Positions 1 through 11,897 of a stretch of DNA of 64,000 nucleotides are shown here, one piece after another. The notes under the pieces were generated by a model. The model saw only the letters and a program-made list of their open reading frames with translations. It was not told the DNA's origin and made no database searches. Numbering within the stretch: position 1 is the stretch's first letter; each line of letters begins with the position of its first letter. The DNA comes from Chiloscyllium plagiosum (taxonomy: Eukaryota). Made by a program: the position numbers and the translations under genes. The stretch spans positions 63,427,378 through 63,491,377 of the forward strand of contig NC_057719.1 of assembly GCF_004010195.1 (NCBI RefSeq). Reading direction: 5' to 3'.

Positions 1-104
1 TTAGCTTTCAGTTCTGGAGCATTGTACAACAACAGACCATCCGTATATGTAAAAATATTATTCAGTATTTGACTGCTACAATTTCTAAATGAAGCTTTAT
101 TAAA

Positions 105-1330
105 TTAATGGTTGGAGGGAATTGCAGGGCGACCAGAACTATTCTCCAGAAGAAGCCTCATCAATGCCTTGACAAACATCAACATGACATCCCAATTCCC
201 ATACTCAAAGGTCTGAGCAATGAAGACAGGCATGCTTAAGGCCTTCTTCACCACCCTGTATATCTGTGACACAAATTTCAAAGAATTATGTACCTGAATC
301 CCTATAACATTGTTGTACAACATTGCTCAGGGGCCTATCAGTAATCGTATAAATCCTGCCCTTGTTTGTTTCATCAAAATGCATTTGTCCAAATTAAACT
401 TCGCCCACTCCTCAGCCCATTGACCCAATTGATCAAGAACTCTTTGTAATCTCAGATAACCACCTCACTGTGCAGTATAGCACCAATTTTCATGCTATCC
501 ACAAACATACTAATCATTTGTATAAATGACAAACAAAAATGGACCTAGTACCCATCCCCTGTGGAACAGCGCTGGTCACAGGTCTCCAATCTAAAAAAAA
601 CAGTCCTCCACCACCACCCTCTGTCTCCTAGCATCAAGCCAATTTTGTATCCAGTTGGCAAGGTCTCCCTGAATTCCATGTGAACGAGCTTTACTAATTA
701 GTCTACCACACAGAACCTTGTCAAAAGCTTTACTAAAATCCATGTAAACAACACCTGCTGATCTGTCATAGAATCATAGAATCCTTACACTGTGGAAACA
801 GGCCCTTTGGGCCAATAAGTCCACCCTGACCCTCTGAAGAGTATCTCACCCAGACCCATTCCCCTGTCCTCATCAATCTTTTGGGTTACTTCCTCAAAAA
901 GCTCAAACAAGTTTGTGAGACACAATTTCCCTTGCACAAAGCCATACTGACTATCTTCAATCATTTCTTGACTCTCCAAATGCATGTAAACCCTGTCTTT
1001 CAGAATCACCTTCAACAATTTACCGATGTCAGACTCACAGGACTATAGTTCCCAGGCTTCTCCTTCCAGCTTTTTTAAATGAAGACATAACGTTAACCAC
1101 CGTCCAGCCCTCCAACACCACATTCGTGATTATTGATGATACAGATATCTCTGCTACATTTCTTCCATGACTTCCCACAATGTCTTGGGATACATTTGAT
1201 CAGGTCCTAGAGATATATTCACCTTTATGTTTTCTAAGACCACCAGCACTTCCTCTTCTGAATTGTTTTCAAGACATCAATATTTATTTCCCCCAGTTCT
1301 CTAGCCTCCATTTCGTTGTCTACAGTAAAT
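105..1330 (-). mobile_element. CR1-clade LINE ORF2 (RT) fragment, degenerate
   Basis: ORF 785..1018 has 'SQYGFVQGKLCLTNLFELFEEVTQKIDE' (CR1 RT motif QHGF..GKSCLTNL); ORF 105..323 is downstream RT/C-terminal sequence. Confidence 0.9.
766..865 (-). mobile_element. HE1-type SINE 3' fragment nested in the CR1
   Basis: Reverse complement of the HE1 3' end (cagacccattcccc, tgtggaaacaggccc) with a (catagaat)n tail; ctgtc on both sides. Confidence 0.7.
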
Positions 1331-2162
1331 TCGGAAGAATGTAAGTGGCTTACTCATGAGCTGATTGACGCAGGTGTTCAGTCCGTGCGTCAACTAATTA
1401 TTATTCTGACTATGCTTTAAATGGGAAAATTGGCTCTGCATTTGTTCAGAATGTATTTTATAACCAGTTATTTAAGTTTATATACAAATTTATTTTTTGA
1501 AGGGAGGTCAACATGCAGTAAAGTCAGAGCCCTTTCAAAACTACCAATGAAGTTGACTACCTATAATTACAGCTTTTTTCATTGAACAACCCAAGTTTTG
1601 AGAATTCTTCAGTTCAACTCAAAAATTTATTTGAATGCCTTATTGTTGCAATTTTCCCACTAAGAGCGTGAAAGGCTTCTTATGCAAGTATTACACTTTT
1701 CTGCAGCATCTAGTATCTGTATTCAACTTGTGATCAAAATAACGACAGATTATAGATATTCTTCACCTCCTTCTCTGGAACTTTGGATATGGTTTTCATT
1801 CCATCTTTGGTTGGAAGTAACTGGTTACCACACATGACATTTTGAAAATCAAATTGAGGAACATTCTAGTGAAATCAGAAATTGCTACACAAGGCTTTTT
1901 ATATTAACGGTAATAGATTCACTGCTCTCGGTACTGGAATTCCAACATGTGACACCCTCGGCTGAAAGGATATGCATTTGGGGCACTCACATCTCAATTT
2001 CTAGTGCAGTATAATCAGAGACACAGAACATAGACTAGTTTCACATGTGAGAGAAAATTTGAAAACTGAGTGCTCATCTTTCCCAGAATCCCATGTTTTA
2101 ATTCCCCCCGTCAAATTTCTCTGCACCAGTGACAAAGTCCATCATTAGAGCTCCAAATGACA

Positions 2163-2310
2163 ACACAGAATCCCAAACTGTGTGGAAGCAGTTCATTCAG
2201 CCTATTGAGTCTGCACAGCCCCTCAGTTTGCCCGTGAGTAGTCCACCTAATCTGCACATCTTTGGACACTACAGGCAATTTAGCATGACCAATTCACCTA
2301 ATCTCCACTT
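2163..2310 (-). mobile_element. Degenerate HE1-type SINE fragment
   Basis: ccacctaatctgcacatctttggac and ggcaatttagcatgaccaattcaccta match the reverse complement of the HE1 copies at 3811 and 17549. Confidence 0.65.
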
Positions 2311-2319
2311 CATTAGACA

Positions 2320-2477
2320 AACATTCTGTGTGGCACTGAGAAAGGTCTGCTATCCTTTGAGAGAAACAGAATTAGTGTTTCAAATTGATGTCCTCTCCAA
2401 CTCTAAAGAAAGTTAGGTCTGCTTTTCTCCATAGATGTGTTGCGAGTTTCTGGTAGTTTTTTTGGATTTTATTTCTG
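2320..2477. mobile_element. Old fold-back PLE-terminus-derived mini-element
   Basis: gagagaaacaga..gtttca..gatg followed by the inverted ctgcttttctccatagatg..gagtttctgg..ttttatttc; resembles the PLE termini at 9115 and 14843. Confidence 0.45.
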
Positions 2478-3214
2478 CTTTCTTGAAAGTTGTGACATTA
2501 GCCGTCAAACATAGCACCGTGTTTGGATCCATTGTGGTGGTTGAGTTGGCCACACATCTGTATTAGAGAGGATGCTGTCTAAACTCTGTACAAAACCCTC
2601 TGAAGCTTAGTGCTGGCTTCCTCCATTCACCTTGCTTTTGCATATAGGCTTCCTGACAGTGTGTAATGTGCACCAAATTCTCATTGTACATCAGCATTCT
2701 TTCATGTCAAACCCCTTACCTGAGTTCTCTGAAGCAGAATTTGTAAGTAACCTCATCCCTCAGGGAACTAGCATCTGGGTTTACTTTTTGCAGTCCACTC
2801 ATGGCTAGGGCCACATCATGTGCATATCAAAGTTTTGCTCAAAACTGTGCAGGGAGTCAGTATCACGGCTGCTTTCACAGTGAGTTCGCCTAACGTCATT
2901 TCTTCATGTTGGGCTGTCTTTCTCATCTGTCTGTTCTTCTAACACTGGTTAGCTAAATTTCACTTGCTTAGTCCAAAAGGAGGAAGGAACAAAGGATAGA
3001 TTGATATTGATGGAGGAAAGAAATATAAAATCTGGATGTTGGCATTTCTGCAGCTTAGGAAATTGCCCTCCTGCTGCATTCACATCACCAAGAGAGTGGA
3101 AGATGTGTCAATGTGTGATGTCATGTGTTTGGACGATGCAATTGCCGTGGTTGAATAGCCGACTTTGTGTTTGAGCTTTGTACAAAGAGTGTGAGGGCAA
3201 GGTTAGGCTATTAA

Positions 3215-3297
3215 ATGAAAACAGAAAATATTGAAAAACTCAACAAAGCTGGCTACATCTGTATAGAGAGAAACAGTGTTAACAATTCAGGTCGAAA
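3215..3297 (-). mobile_element. Old PLE terminal repeat fragment
   Basis: aaaacagaaaata..actcaacaaagctggctacatctgtatagagagaaacagtgttaacaattcaggtcga resembles the 9115 terminus. Confidence 0.5.
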
Positions 3298-3810
3298 GGG
3301 AGGTTAAAGTATGAAGAATTGCTGATAGTCCATCTCTAGACTCTGCATTTTGAGCTTTAATGGAGTAACGGTCAGATCACAAGCAATTGACTGGCTGCCA
3401 CGCAGTGGATTGGCAGTCTCAGATTGACCTACTGTTTCACATTTGACTCTGGCCAGCTTCAGGAGAAACTCAGGAGTTAGAAGAATGCTAGAGATAAGTA
3501 ATTTTCAAATTGACTGTCTGATTCTGGTTAAGTACCTCACAACCCTCACCTCCCATGTTATAATAAGAGTTACATGAAGCTTTTAAATGAGTATATCTTA
3601 AATTACTGTGAATCACTTCCACCTCAATAGGATGTGATGTTTAACAGTAGCAGGTGACATTGAATGCATATACATAGCCTTCCAGTTACTTCTATTTATG
3701 TATAGTCTTATCTTCAAATAAATAAGCCACAGTACTGTTTTGTAAATTTTTCTTGTGTGATTGGTATGTTTGTATTGAAGAGAAAATTGTAGCATTTGTG
3801 ATTTGACAAT

Positions 3811-4103
3811 GGGCGGCACAGTGGCACAGTGGTTAGCACTGCTGCCTCACAGCGCCAGAGACCCGGGTTCAATTCCCGCCTCAGGTGACTGACTGTGTGG
3901 AGTTTGCACATTCTCCGGGTGCTCCGGTTTCCTCCCACAATCCAAAGATGTGCAGGTCAGGTGAACTGGCCATGCCAAATTGCCCGTAGTGTTAGGTGAA
4001 GGGGTAAATGTAGGGGAATGGGTCTGGGTGGGTTGCACTTTGGCGAGTCGGTGTGGACTTGTTGGGCCGAAGGCCTGTTTCCACACTGTAAGTAATCTAA
4101 TCT
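3811..4103 (+). mobile_element. HE1-type tRNA-derived SINE
   Basis: A box tggcacagtgg, B box ggttcaattcc, conserved body, CR1-like 3' end and (taatc)n tail; short internal deletion at ctcc relative to the other copies. Confidence 0.92.
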
Positions 4104-4289
4104 TCCATGCTTTCAATGTGCTTCTGATCCAAAAGCCCTCCAGCACCTGCCCTGCTCACTCAGGCCTCCAATGGCATGTCAGGCACCACCTCCTCCACCC
4201 ACTCAAATATTTCCAGCCTGCAGTCTCTTTGAGGTCTTTCCCTGCTGACTGGAAATTGGGCCTATCAAGTGTATTTGTCCTTCCATGGC

Positions 4290-4626
4290 TCTGCACAAGA
4301 CCATACGTAAATTACTTGTTTCTCAAAGACCACTCCCACCCTGGTTATACTCTTTCCCACCCTTTTCTGTCGGACAGAAGCTATCAAGGTTGGATATTCG
4401 TATGAACAGATTCAAGAACAGTTTCTTCCTCGCTATTATCAGATTTTGAATGGACCTCTTTAATGTTAATGTTGATCTCTCTCTGCTCCTTCTCCACAGC
4501 TGTAGCATTATATCCTGCACTCTGTTCTGTTACCCTGATGCACTTGTATACAGTAGAATCTGCCTGTAAAGCATGTAAAACAACACTTTTCACTGTACTG
4601 CAGTACCCGTGACAATAATAAATCAA
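4290..4626 (+). mobile_element. Rex/Babar-type LINE 3' end
   Basis: Translates to 'KDHSHPGYTLSHPFLSDRSY' then 'NRFKNSFF', the typical Rex1/Babar C-terminus; 3' UTR ends caataataaatcaa. Confidence 0.7.
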
Positions 4627-5940
4627 AGCTATTCGTAGACATTTTTAAAAATATTGCTTTGGCCCTTGCAGTAATCTTGTCTTTAGAAAGTATAGGATTT
4701 GTGCTATTCTATTTTTTGTCATTTTACTTGGGTTTTACTAATGTGACAGCTTCCCTAACTCCTTGTCTAAGTTTAAATAGCTGCTGTCTTTTTGGTGGAC
4801 ATGATATATATGAGCAGTGTATTTCTTTATATAATTATGAATTATACCACCTGTAACGACGTTTGCCAAATCTGCTTTGTTTTTGCAAATGCTAATCTGG
4901 TAGATGTCATCCATATTATTCACATAAGGTGTTTTATATATTACTCTTAACCATATCACTTTTAATAATGTTCCGTAATATTTGGCAAATTATGAATCAA
5001 GGACTAAGAATAGTGTTACTTCATGACTACTCTTTTGCTAACCTGGTCAATTTTGACTGCTCCACCGAAACCTTCTAGGCACACATATTCAGAGATATAT
5101 TAACAACTACATTACTTTGTGCTGATACATGCAAATTTGTTCTGTTTTATTATCCTCAAACTACTGAGAATGGATATATGGTAATTTACATAGCATAATA
5201 TTGCTTGTCAAACATCTCATAGGAGATGGCTGTATGCTCTCTAATTTCTCGCAATATTTGTCTGTGGCAGCAGAATTAGTTGTTATAGTTACTGTTTAAG
5301 CTTGCTCTTTTCCAATTAACGAAGTCAAAAAAAGAAAACCTACAGCACACATTAAAATGCGCACGTTGATGTTAGGTCATTTGTGAATCACATGTCCTTA
5401 TTTCAAGCTCTGAAAATGATAAAAATGATAAATGTCAGCACAAAGTCATTCAGCTGAAGCATTTTTATGCAATTGCTAGATCCATTTCAGTGCTACCAAC
5501 ATTGATCCTATATCCCTTCCCTTCCTCAATACATTTGAATAATTTTTCTTCTTTAACAGTTTGATTTTTTAAATGTTTTGTTAAACCTCAGTCATCACTT
5601 ACAGTCATCCTATGAAGTGATATGACACTCTTTAGCATGAAAATTGTTCTGTTAATCCCCATGCCTCCATTTTTAGTTCCAAAGTGTCTCCAAAATCATC
5701 GATCTGCAGAAATAAGTTTCTACTCTTAGTTGATTCAAATTCTGTCAACACTTCTATTAGATCTCCCATTAACTTAACTTTATCTGCTCTGGCACTTGCA
5801 GTCGCAGTCTTTCAACTGTCTCATTACTACTGTATCATCCAGATGATTTGTTGAGGAGAGTTGGCTTCAATATCCTTTCTATAATTGGGGGCCAAAAAGC
5901 TGACAGCCAATTTGAACAGAACACATTTCCTTAATGATTA

Positions 5941-7630
5941 AAAGACTTGTATTTATCTGGCACTCTCAATGTCCTATGTAAGTCTCGAGTTGACAGCCAG
6001 TTTTGAACTTGTGTAATATAGGAGAACATGGCAACCAATTTGCACCCAACAAGGGCTCATCAGGGAAATGGATAACCTGTTAATTGCTTTTTAGTCATAG
6101 AGTCATAGAGATGTACAGCATGGAAGAAAACCCTTCGGTCTAACCCGTCCATGCTGACCAGATATCCCAACCCAATCTAGTCCCACCTGCCAGCACCCGC
6201 CCCATATCCCTCCAAACCCTTCCTATTCATATACCCATCCAAATGCCTTTCAAATGTTGCAATTGTACCAGCCTCCACCACTTCCTCTGGCAGCTCATTC
6301 CATACACGTACCACCCTCTGCGTGAAAAAGTTGCCACTNNNNNNNNNNNNNNNNNNNNNNNNNNNNNNNNNNNNNNNNNNNNNNNNNNNNNNNNNNNNNN
6401 NNNNNNNNNNNNNNNNNNNNNNNNNNNNNNNNNNNNNNNNNNNNNNNNNNNNNNNNNNNNNNNNNNNNNNNNNNNNNNNNNNNNNNNNNNNNNNNNNNNN
6501 NNNNNNNNNNNNNNNNNNNNNNNNNNNNNNNNNNNNNNNNNNNNNNNNNNNNNNNNNNNNNNNNNNNNNNNNNNNNNNNNNNNNNNNNNNNNNNNNNNNN
6601 NNNNNNNNNNNNNNNNNNNNNNNNNNNNNNNNNNNNNNNNNNNNNNNNNNNNNNNNNNNNNNNNNNNNNNNNNNNNNNNNNNNNNNNNNNNNNNNNNNNN
6701 NNNNNNNNNNNNNNNNNNNNNNNNNNNNNNNNNNNNNNNNNNNNNNNNNNNNNNNNNNNNNNNNNNNNNNNNNNNNNNNNNNNNNNNNNNNNNNNNNNNN
6801 NNNNNNNNNNNNNNNNNNNNNNNNNNNNNNNNNNNNNNNNNNNNNNNNNNNNNNNNNNNNNNNNNNNNNNNNNNNNNNNNNNNNNNNNNNNNNNNNNNNN
6901 NNNNNNNNNNNNNNNNNNNNNNNNNNNNNNNNNNNNNNNNNNNNNNNNNNNNNNNNNNNNNNNNNNNNNNNNNNNNNNNNNNNNNNNNNNNNNNNNNNNN
7001 NNNNNNNNNNNNNNNNNNNNNNNNNNNNNNNNNNNNNNNATAGATCACATCTACCGCTCTGCCCTCATCAATCCTCTTTGTTACTTCTTCAAAAAACTCA
7101 ATCAAGTTTGTGAGACATGATTTCCCACGCACAAAGCCATGTTGACTATCCCTAATCAGTCCTTGCCTATCCAAATACATGTACATCCTGTCCCTCAGGA
7201 TTCCCTCCAACAATTTGCCCACCACTGAGGTCAGGCTCACCGGTCTGTAGTTCCCTGTTGGTAAATGTTGACCAGGTAATTGGGAGAACTGACCCATTGT
7301 TCGATGGTTGTTTGGAGAAATGTAAATGTAAATGTAATTTTAGTCTTCTCGCTAGCTTGCTATTGTCATGTGACCTCTATCTCTGCTATAAATGCCTTTG
7401 TCTCAGTGTGGCAGCCATTAAACAAACACATCACTTGTAACAATAGGTAGCGCCATAGATTGGATTACTTCTCTTTGGAGGGCTGATAAAGTCTCAGTTT
7501 ATTGTCTCATTCAAAAGGGGATGGATGACCCAAAAACTGCTGTACTGCCCCTGTTTTTCAGGTGCTTCTGAAGTGCCCAAAGTGATGAACAGGTAGCACA
7601 ATTACCCTTCTGACTAGAAGTGTGCCATCC
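5941..7630 (-). mobile_element. DeuSINE-family (SacSINE1/AmnSINE1-like) relic split by a CR1 insertion
   Basis: Collinear blocks: aaagacttgtatttat; gtaatataggagaacatggcaaccaatttgcac; ttgaccagg..gggagaact (after 7257); gagggctga..ctcagtttattgtctcattcaaaag; ccttctgact. These match the Deu-domain SINE consensus as I recall it. Confidence 0.65.
6092..7257 (-). mobile_element. Young 5'-truncated CR1 LINE containing a gap (6339-7039)
   Basis: ORF 'GNYRPVSLTSVVGKLLEGIL..SQHGFVRGKSCLTNLIEFFEEV'; (catagagt)n tail. Confidence 0.95.
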
Positions 7631-7955
7631 TCTCTTTTGGGTAAGCAGACAGCCCGTACCCATGCTTGAAGCCAAGTCCCTTGTGCATTGTCAAAGACGG
7701 TGACTAACACCTTCTGCAGATTCCCACTACAATATCTGTTTGCCTCAAGCCAGGGATTACTGACTGTGCTTGGAATAACAAGCCCTGCTGAATGTCTGCA
7801 ATAAATAAAAAAGGAAAGAGTAAAATACCATGCACTTCATTCCTGCATCATGACGGATCTGTTGGTCCTTGTCTGAACCTCTAAACCCTCTGTCTCTGGC
7901 ATCAAACACCAGCACCCGTCCAAAACTGCCCCCAAGACTATGGCCACCAATCAGG

Positions 7956-8277
7956 TAAAAACAATGACTGCAGATGCTGGAAACCAGATTCTGGATTAGT
8001 GGTGCTGGAAGAGCACAGCAGTTCAGGCAGCATCCGAGGAGCAGTAAAATCGACGTTTCGGGCAAAAGCCCTTCATCAGGAATAAAGGCAGAGAGCCTGA
8101 AGCGTGGAGAGATAAGCTAGAGGAGGGTGGGGGTGGGAAGAAAGTAGCATAGAGTACAATAGGTGAGTGTGGGAGGGGATGAAGGTGATAGGTCAGGGAG
8201 GAGGGTAGAGTGGATAGGTGGAAAAGATGATAGGCAAGTAGGACAAGTCATGGGGACAGTGCTGAGCTGTCCCCATG
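7956..8277 (-). mobile_element. PLE 3' terminal fragment (family B) with hammerhead motif
   Basis: Near-identical to 20960-21330, which is joined to a GIY-YIG coding remnant; aatcagg at 7949-7955 and 8281-8287. Confidence 0.85.
8048..8083 (-). ncRNA. Minimal type-I hammerhead ribozyme motif (family B), intact core
   Basis: Minus strand: attc CTGATGA A GGGC tttt GCCC GAAA CG TC gatt; stem I is only 2-3 bp. Confidence 0.75.
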
Positions 8278-9114
8278 CCAAATCAGGCATTTGCTCTTAC
8301 TCTCAACACCCTCAAGCACATTCTCAGCCCATTTTTCTGTTTAGTCTGCATTCTTCAAATATTTGGCTTGGTCTCCAAGCCCGAATTTTCTAGTATGCCT
8401 CCACCTCAGACTTTATTTTTGATCTAATTGATCATTTATTATGAGATTCAGGACTTAGCAGCAACCACGTTATACCTTGTTGAGCACTGACTTCAGCATC
8501 GGTGTGGATTTGCCACTTAATCAGTCATCCTGATTATCACTGAGAGAAGCTGCCAATGTCGTCATAATTTAATGAGAGATATAAAGTACTCTGAAATTTA
8601 TTGTATGAACTGCTGTACATTATGAATAGATAATTTAATTATCTTGAGACAGGTTCTACAATAGACGAGTGGAAATAATATGGACTGCAGTATGAGAAAC
8701 AGCTGGGCTTTGTTTGAAAATCTATGAGCAAAGTTTCAGGCAGTGGGATGATTTTCTTTCCATTAGTTGTGAAAATGTGTGAAATAATATCATTTCATGT
8801 ATGGCTCTGACAAATGCTGTATGGCATTCCTTTTAACAATTCCTGCAGTGCTTGATAGAAAAAAGCCAAGAGCTACATTTTGAACTGCTGAGGAATTCCA
8901 CACTGAGAAGTCTGAGACAAATTGCCAATTTAATTTTCTTTGGCTTTTGTTTTGCGAGTTAATGTGTTTCTGCCATTGAACTTGCCTGCACTTATTTGGG
9001 GAGAAGTTAGGTTAAGGCCCAAAAACAGACTTGGGCAGCGTGGCAAACAGCCAACCCATACTCGTTCCTTCAGACACAGGCAATGCACAAACTTGACACA
9101 TAAACAGATATAGC

Positions 9115-9735
9115 TGTAGAAACAAATGTACCAGATCTGGTGGCATTTGTGGAGAGAAAGCAGAACCAATGTTTCAGATCCAATGACCCTTATTCAGGAC
9201 TGATTGTTGCTCAGAGAAGATTGGTATATATGCTGAAGATGGATTTTGAGGGCTTGGGGAGGTGGTGGTAGAGGAAAGAAGTGAACGACAGATGGAGATG
9301 GAGTCCAGAGAACAGAAATTGGCTAGACAAAGGAATGGGATAATAATTGGGGTGAAAGAGAAGCTGCTAATGGGGTCCATCAGTGGAGAAACTGTGTTGA
9401 CTGTGATGAAAGCAGCCTATGTGATGACCAGGCTTGGAGTGAGAGTAAGGACATGGGAGAAGATACTCAGGGTCCAAAATTATTGAACTCGATATCCTGA
9501 AGGCTGCAGAGTTCCCAGGCGGAAAATGAAATGCTGTACTTCCAGCTTGCACTAAGCTTTACTCGAGCACTACAGAAAGCCTGAGACAGAGATATTAGCC
9601 AGAGAACTCAGTGGTTTGTTAAAGTGACAGGTAACCGGAAGCTCAGGATCATTTTTGCAGACAGAGCATAGGTGTTGCAGAGAGCAGTTGCCTCGTCTGT
9701 GGTTTGTCTCCCCAGTATAGAGCACACTAACTTGA
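9115..9735 (-). mobile_element. Degenerate PLE 3' part (GIY-YIG remnant, 3' UTR, decayed hammerhead)
   Basis: ORF 9570..9776 'LYTGETNHRRGN..QHLCSVCKNDPELPVTCHFN'; downstream 'KLEVQHFIFRLGTLQP'; decayed core at ~9166-9203. Confidence 0.8.
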
Positions 9736-10149
9736 TTATGTGCTTGCTCATTTATATGATTGCAACTTGTTGTCAATGATTAGCACACTAATGTGTGGCA
9801 GTATACCTTAGAAGGGGATACAAAATTGTATCTCATTCTACAATTTAATTTAGATTCCTAAGCTGTACGTGGTATAAATATGTGCCTCTTGCTTTTACTC
9901 TCCACTTCTCGCAACATCATTAATCTTGTGACTTTTCTAATTTGAATACTCATTTGCCACCTGACTAGGTGGCTGTGCAGATGGTGAAGTTCAAGAGTAA
10001 GAAGGGACTGATGATTGAATCTACCTCAGACTCTCAGCTACCAGCTGTCTGTGTATTTTAGAGGATCGTTTAGAGGTGCGATCTGATGGTAGGTCATCAG
10101 GCATTAGTGGTTCAAGGCAAGTGGAAGGAGCAATTGAGTAGCAGATTGA

Positions 10150-11330
10150 TTAAGGATAAGGTCAGTCACAGGTTCTGCAACAGAGAGCTCAGATGGGAGA
10201 ACCATATAAGGAAGTTTTGTGTGATACACCCACACAAATGCTTGACACATTATCAGAAAGCTTTTGATCACTGAAGCACGGAGGAGTCTGGCACCAGAAT
10301 GGCACAAGTCTTACCTTCATGGCATTGGTGGCCAATTCCATAAGATGATTTGTGGGCCCAACCATACAGCAAAATCTCATGGCTAATCTCTGACTTTACA
10401 CTGCAGCACAAACAGAAACCACCCAATGTCTGAGTTCCACCATGCAAGCTCAGACTGGAAATGCACTCAGACTGTTGTTATCATAGATCGGGGCTATCAG
10501 TGCATGAAGGGGTTTGCATCTGTCTGCCTCACATTGCTTAGATTGCTGACATGCCACTTCAGGGGGTGATGCAAGCATAAAGTTGCTGTCCTGATTCAAA
10601 TCTAACCTATGCAGTTCCACCAGAGCTCTTGCTGTTGTTATCCAGGGCAGACTGCTGCAAATCCATGTTTGAGGGTCTGCAATCAGAAGCCAAGCCTGAC
10701 ATGCTCTGAAGTGCTCAAGATTGCCCTACCAGGCCATCTACACTTTCTCCCATTCAAAACCAGCAGGCTTCCTCCAAATATGTGCAGCCACATAGTGATC
10801 ATTGGCAAAACGCACAGTAGAAATGGATGAAGGGAATGTTCACAAGAGGTGATTGATTGACTTTTATGTAGAATATTAGATGGTTTGTTTGTTAAATTTG
10901 GTCAAAACGTTTCTTTACTATTGGTTTTTATGCCATTATATCCAAGAAAGAGGACACGATGATCAGTTAAGTTGCGAACCTGCTGTTGAAGGGGGTTTTT
11001 GTTATCTCCTCTTTCTTTGCTCACTGTATACATACTGAAAGGGCACTGAACTTGTGATGGTGAGATTATACTGGCTCCAGCAGACCATGACGAATAATGA
11101 AAAGTATATTGGTGAGTTGTCTAGCAGTTCAGGCAGCTCAGTTACATTTTGTGTGACAGCTAGACTCTCGCCAAATGAAGCTGCCCTACTTGGGTCTGCC
11201 TATATACAGTGGCCAATTTCAGTGAGCATGTCCTTAGAGTCCTTAGAGTGGGAATGTTGCACACCTTGTTCCTTGCTGAGGTTCAAGTAGGAGATTGATC
11301 CCTCAAGTCCTTGGGAGGATATCATTCTCT
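10150..11330 (-). mobile_element. Probable PIF/Harbinger transposase fossil
   Basis: ORF 11200..11469 ends 'SISYLNLSKEQGVQHSH..KDMLTEIGHCI*', continuing in frame 'ADPS..SLAVTQNVT'; resembles the HARBI1-like N-terminus. Left boundary is a guess. Confidence 0.4.
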
Positions 11331-11608
11331 CCATCTCCTCCCTCCTTGAACAACTGTGTTGCCATGTTGGAGAGCAAATGGACAGAGTAGGACCAAGGCC
11401 TTCACCATGTGCCACAACACTACCTGAAGACTTTACCGACCTCAAATGAGAGTATAATCCACCAAACACTTAAGTTAATTCAGCAACAGCCACAAAAGTT
11501 TAAACAGTTGCTAAACCCCAGAGTCATTGATAATCTCTTTGAATAGCATTGCTACATACATGTTCAGCTCCGAGAGGTTAAAGAGAGAGCATTAGCTGGT
11601 CTGTTGAA

Positions 11609-11737
11609 AGGCTCTTGTAGCACAATGGCAATATCCATACTTCTGAACTGGGAGGCCTGGGTTCAAATCCCATCTGAGATGAGCGGTTCCAGAGCTATAT
11701 AGTAACATCTCTTTGAACAGGTTCATTTGAAAATATC
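11609..11737 (+). mobile_element. Short (~120 bp) tRNA-derived SINE
   Basis: A-box-like tagcacaatgg, B box ggttcaaatcc, ends tgaacaggtt..aaaatat; related copies at 11794, 37828 and 52401. Confidence 0.7.
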
Positions 11738-11793
11738 TCGCCAGTGCGCGCTGAGATTGAAAATGGCACCACAACAGTCAAATTAGCATTTCA

Positions 11794-11897
11794 ATATTTT
11801 TAAATCAACCTGTTCAGACATGCTATGCCACACGTCTGGACTGGTGGGATTTGCACCCAGGCCTTCTAGCCTAGAGAGGGGACCATGCCACAAGACC
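11794..11897 (-). mobile_element. Short tRNA-derived SINE, second copy inverted relative to 11609
   Basis: atatttttaaatcaacctgttcaga..gtgggatttgcacccaggcc..gccacaagacc is the reverse complement of the 11609 copy. Confidence 0.7.

Noticed and set aside
3811..3882. HE1 heads as functional tRNA genes
   Set aside because: Each continues into the SINE body and LINE-like tail with no Pol III terminator after the tRNA-like part
6227..7297. Long ORFs spanning N runs (also at 29654, 46793-47938, 63039-63573)
   Set aside because: Length comes from assembly gaps (6339-7039, 29703-30057, 47218-47568, 53406-53429, 63120-63384), all inside young CR1 copies
7757..8065. Recurrent 'MPETSILLLLGCCL' peptide (also 39222, 40490, 40797, 49358) resembling a signal-peptide family
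   Set aside because: Fortuitous translation of the family B hammerhead-containing repeat; the sequences diverge into unrelated flanks
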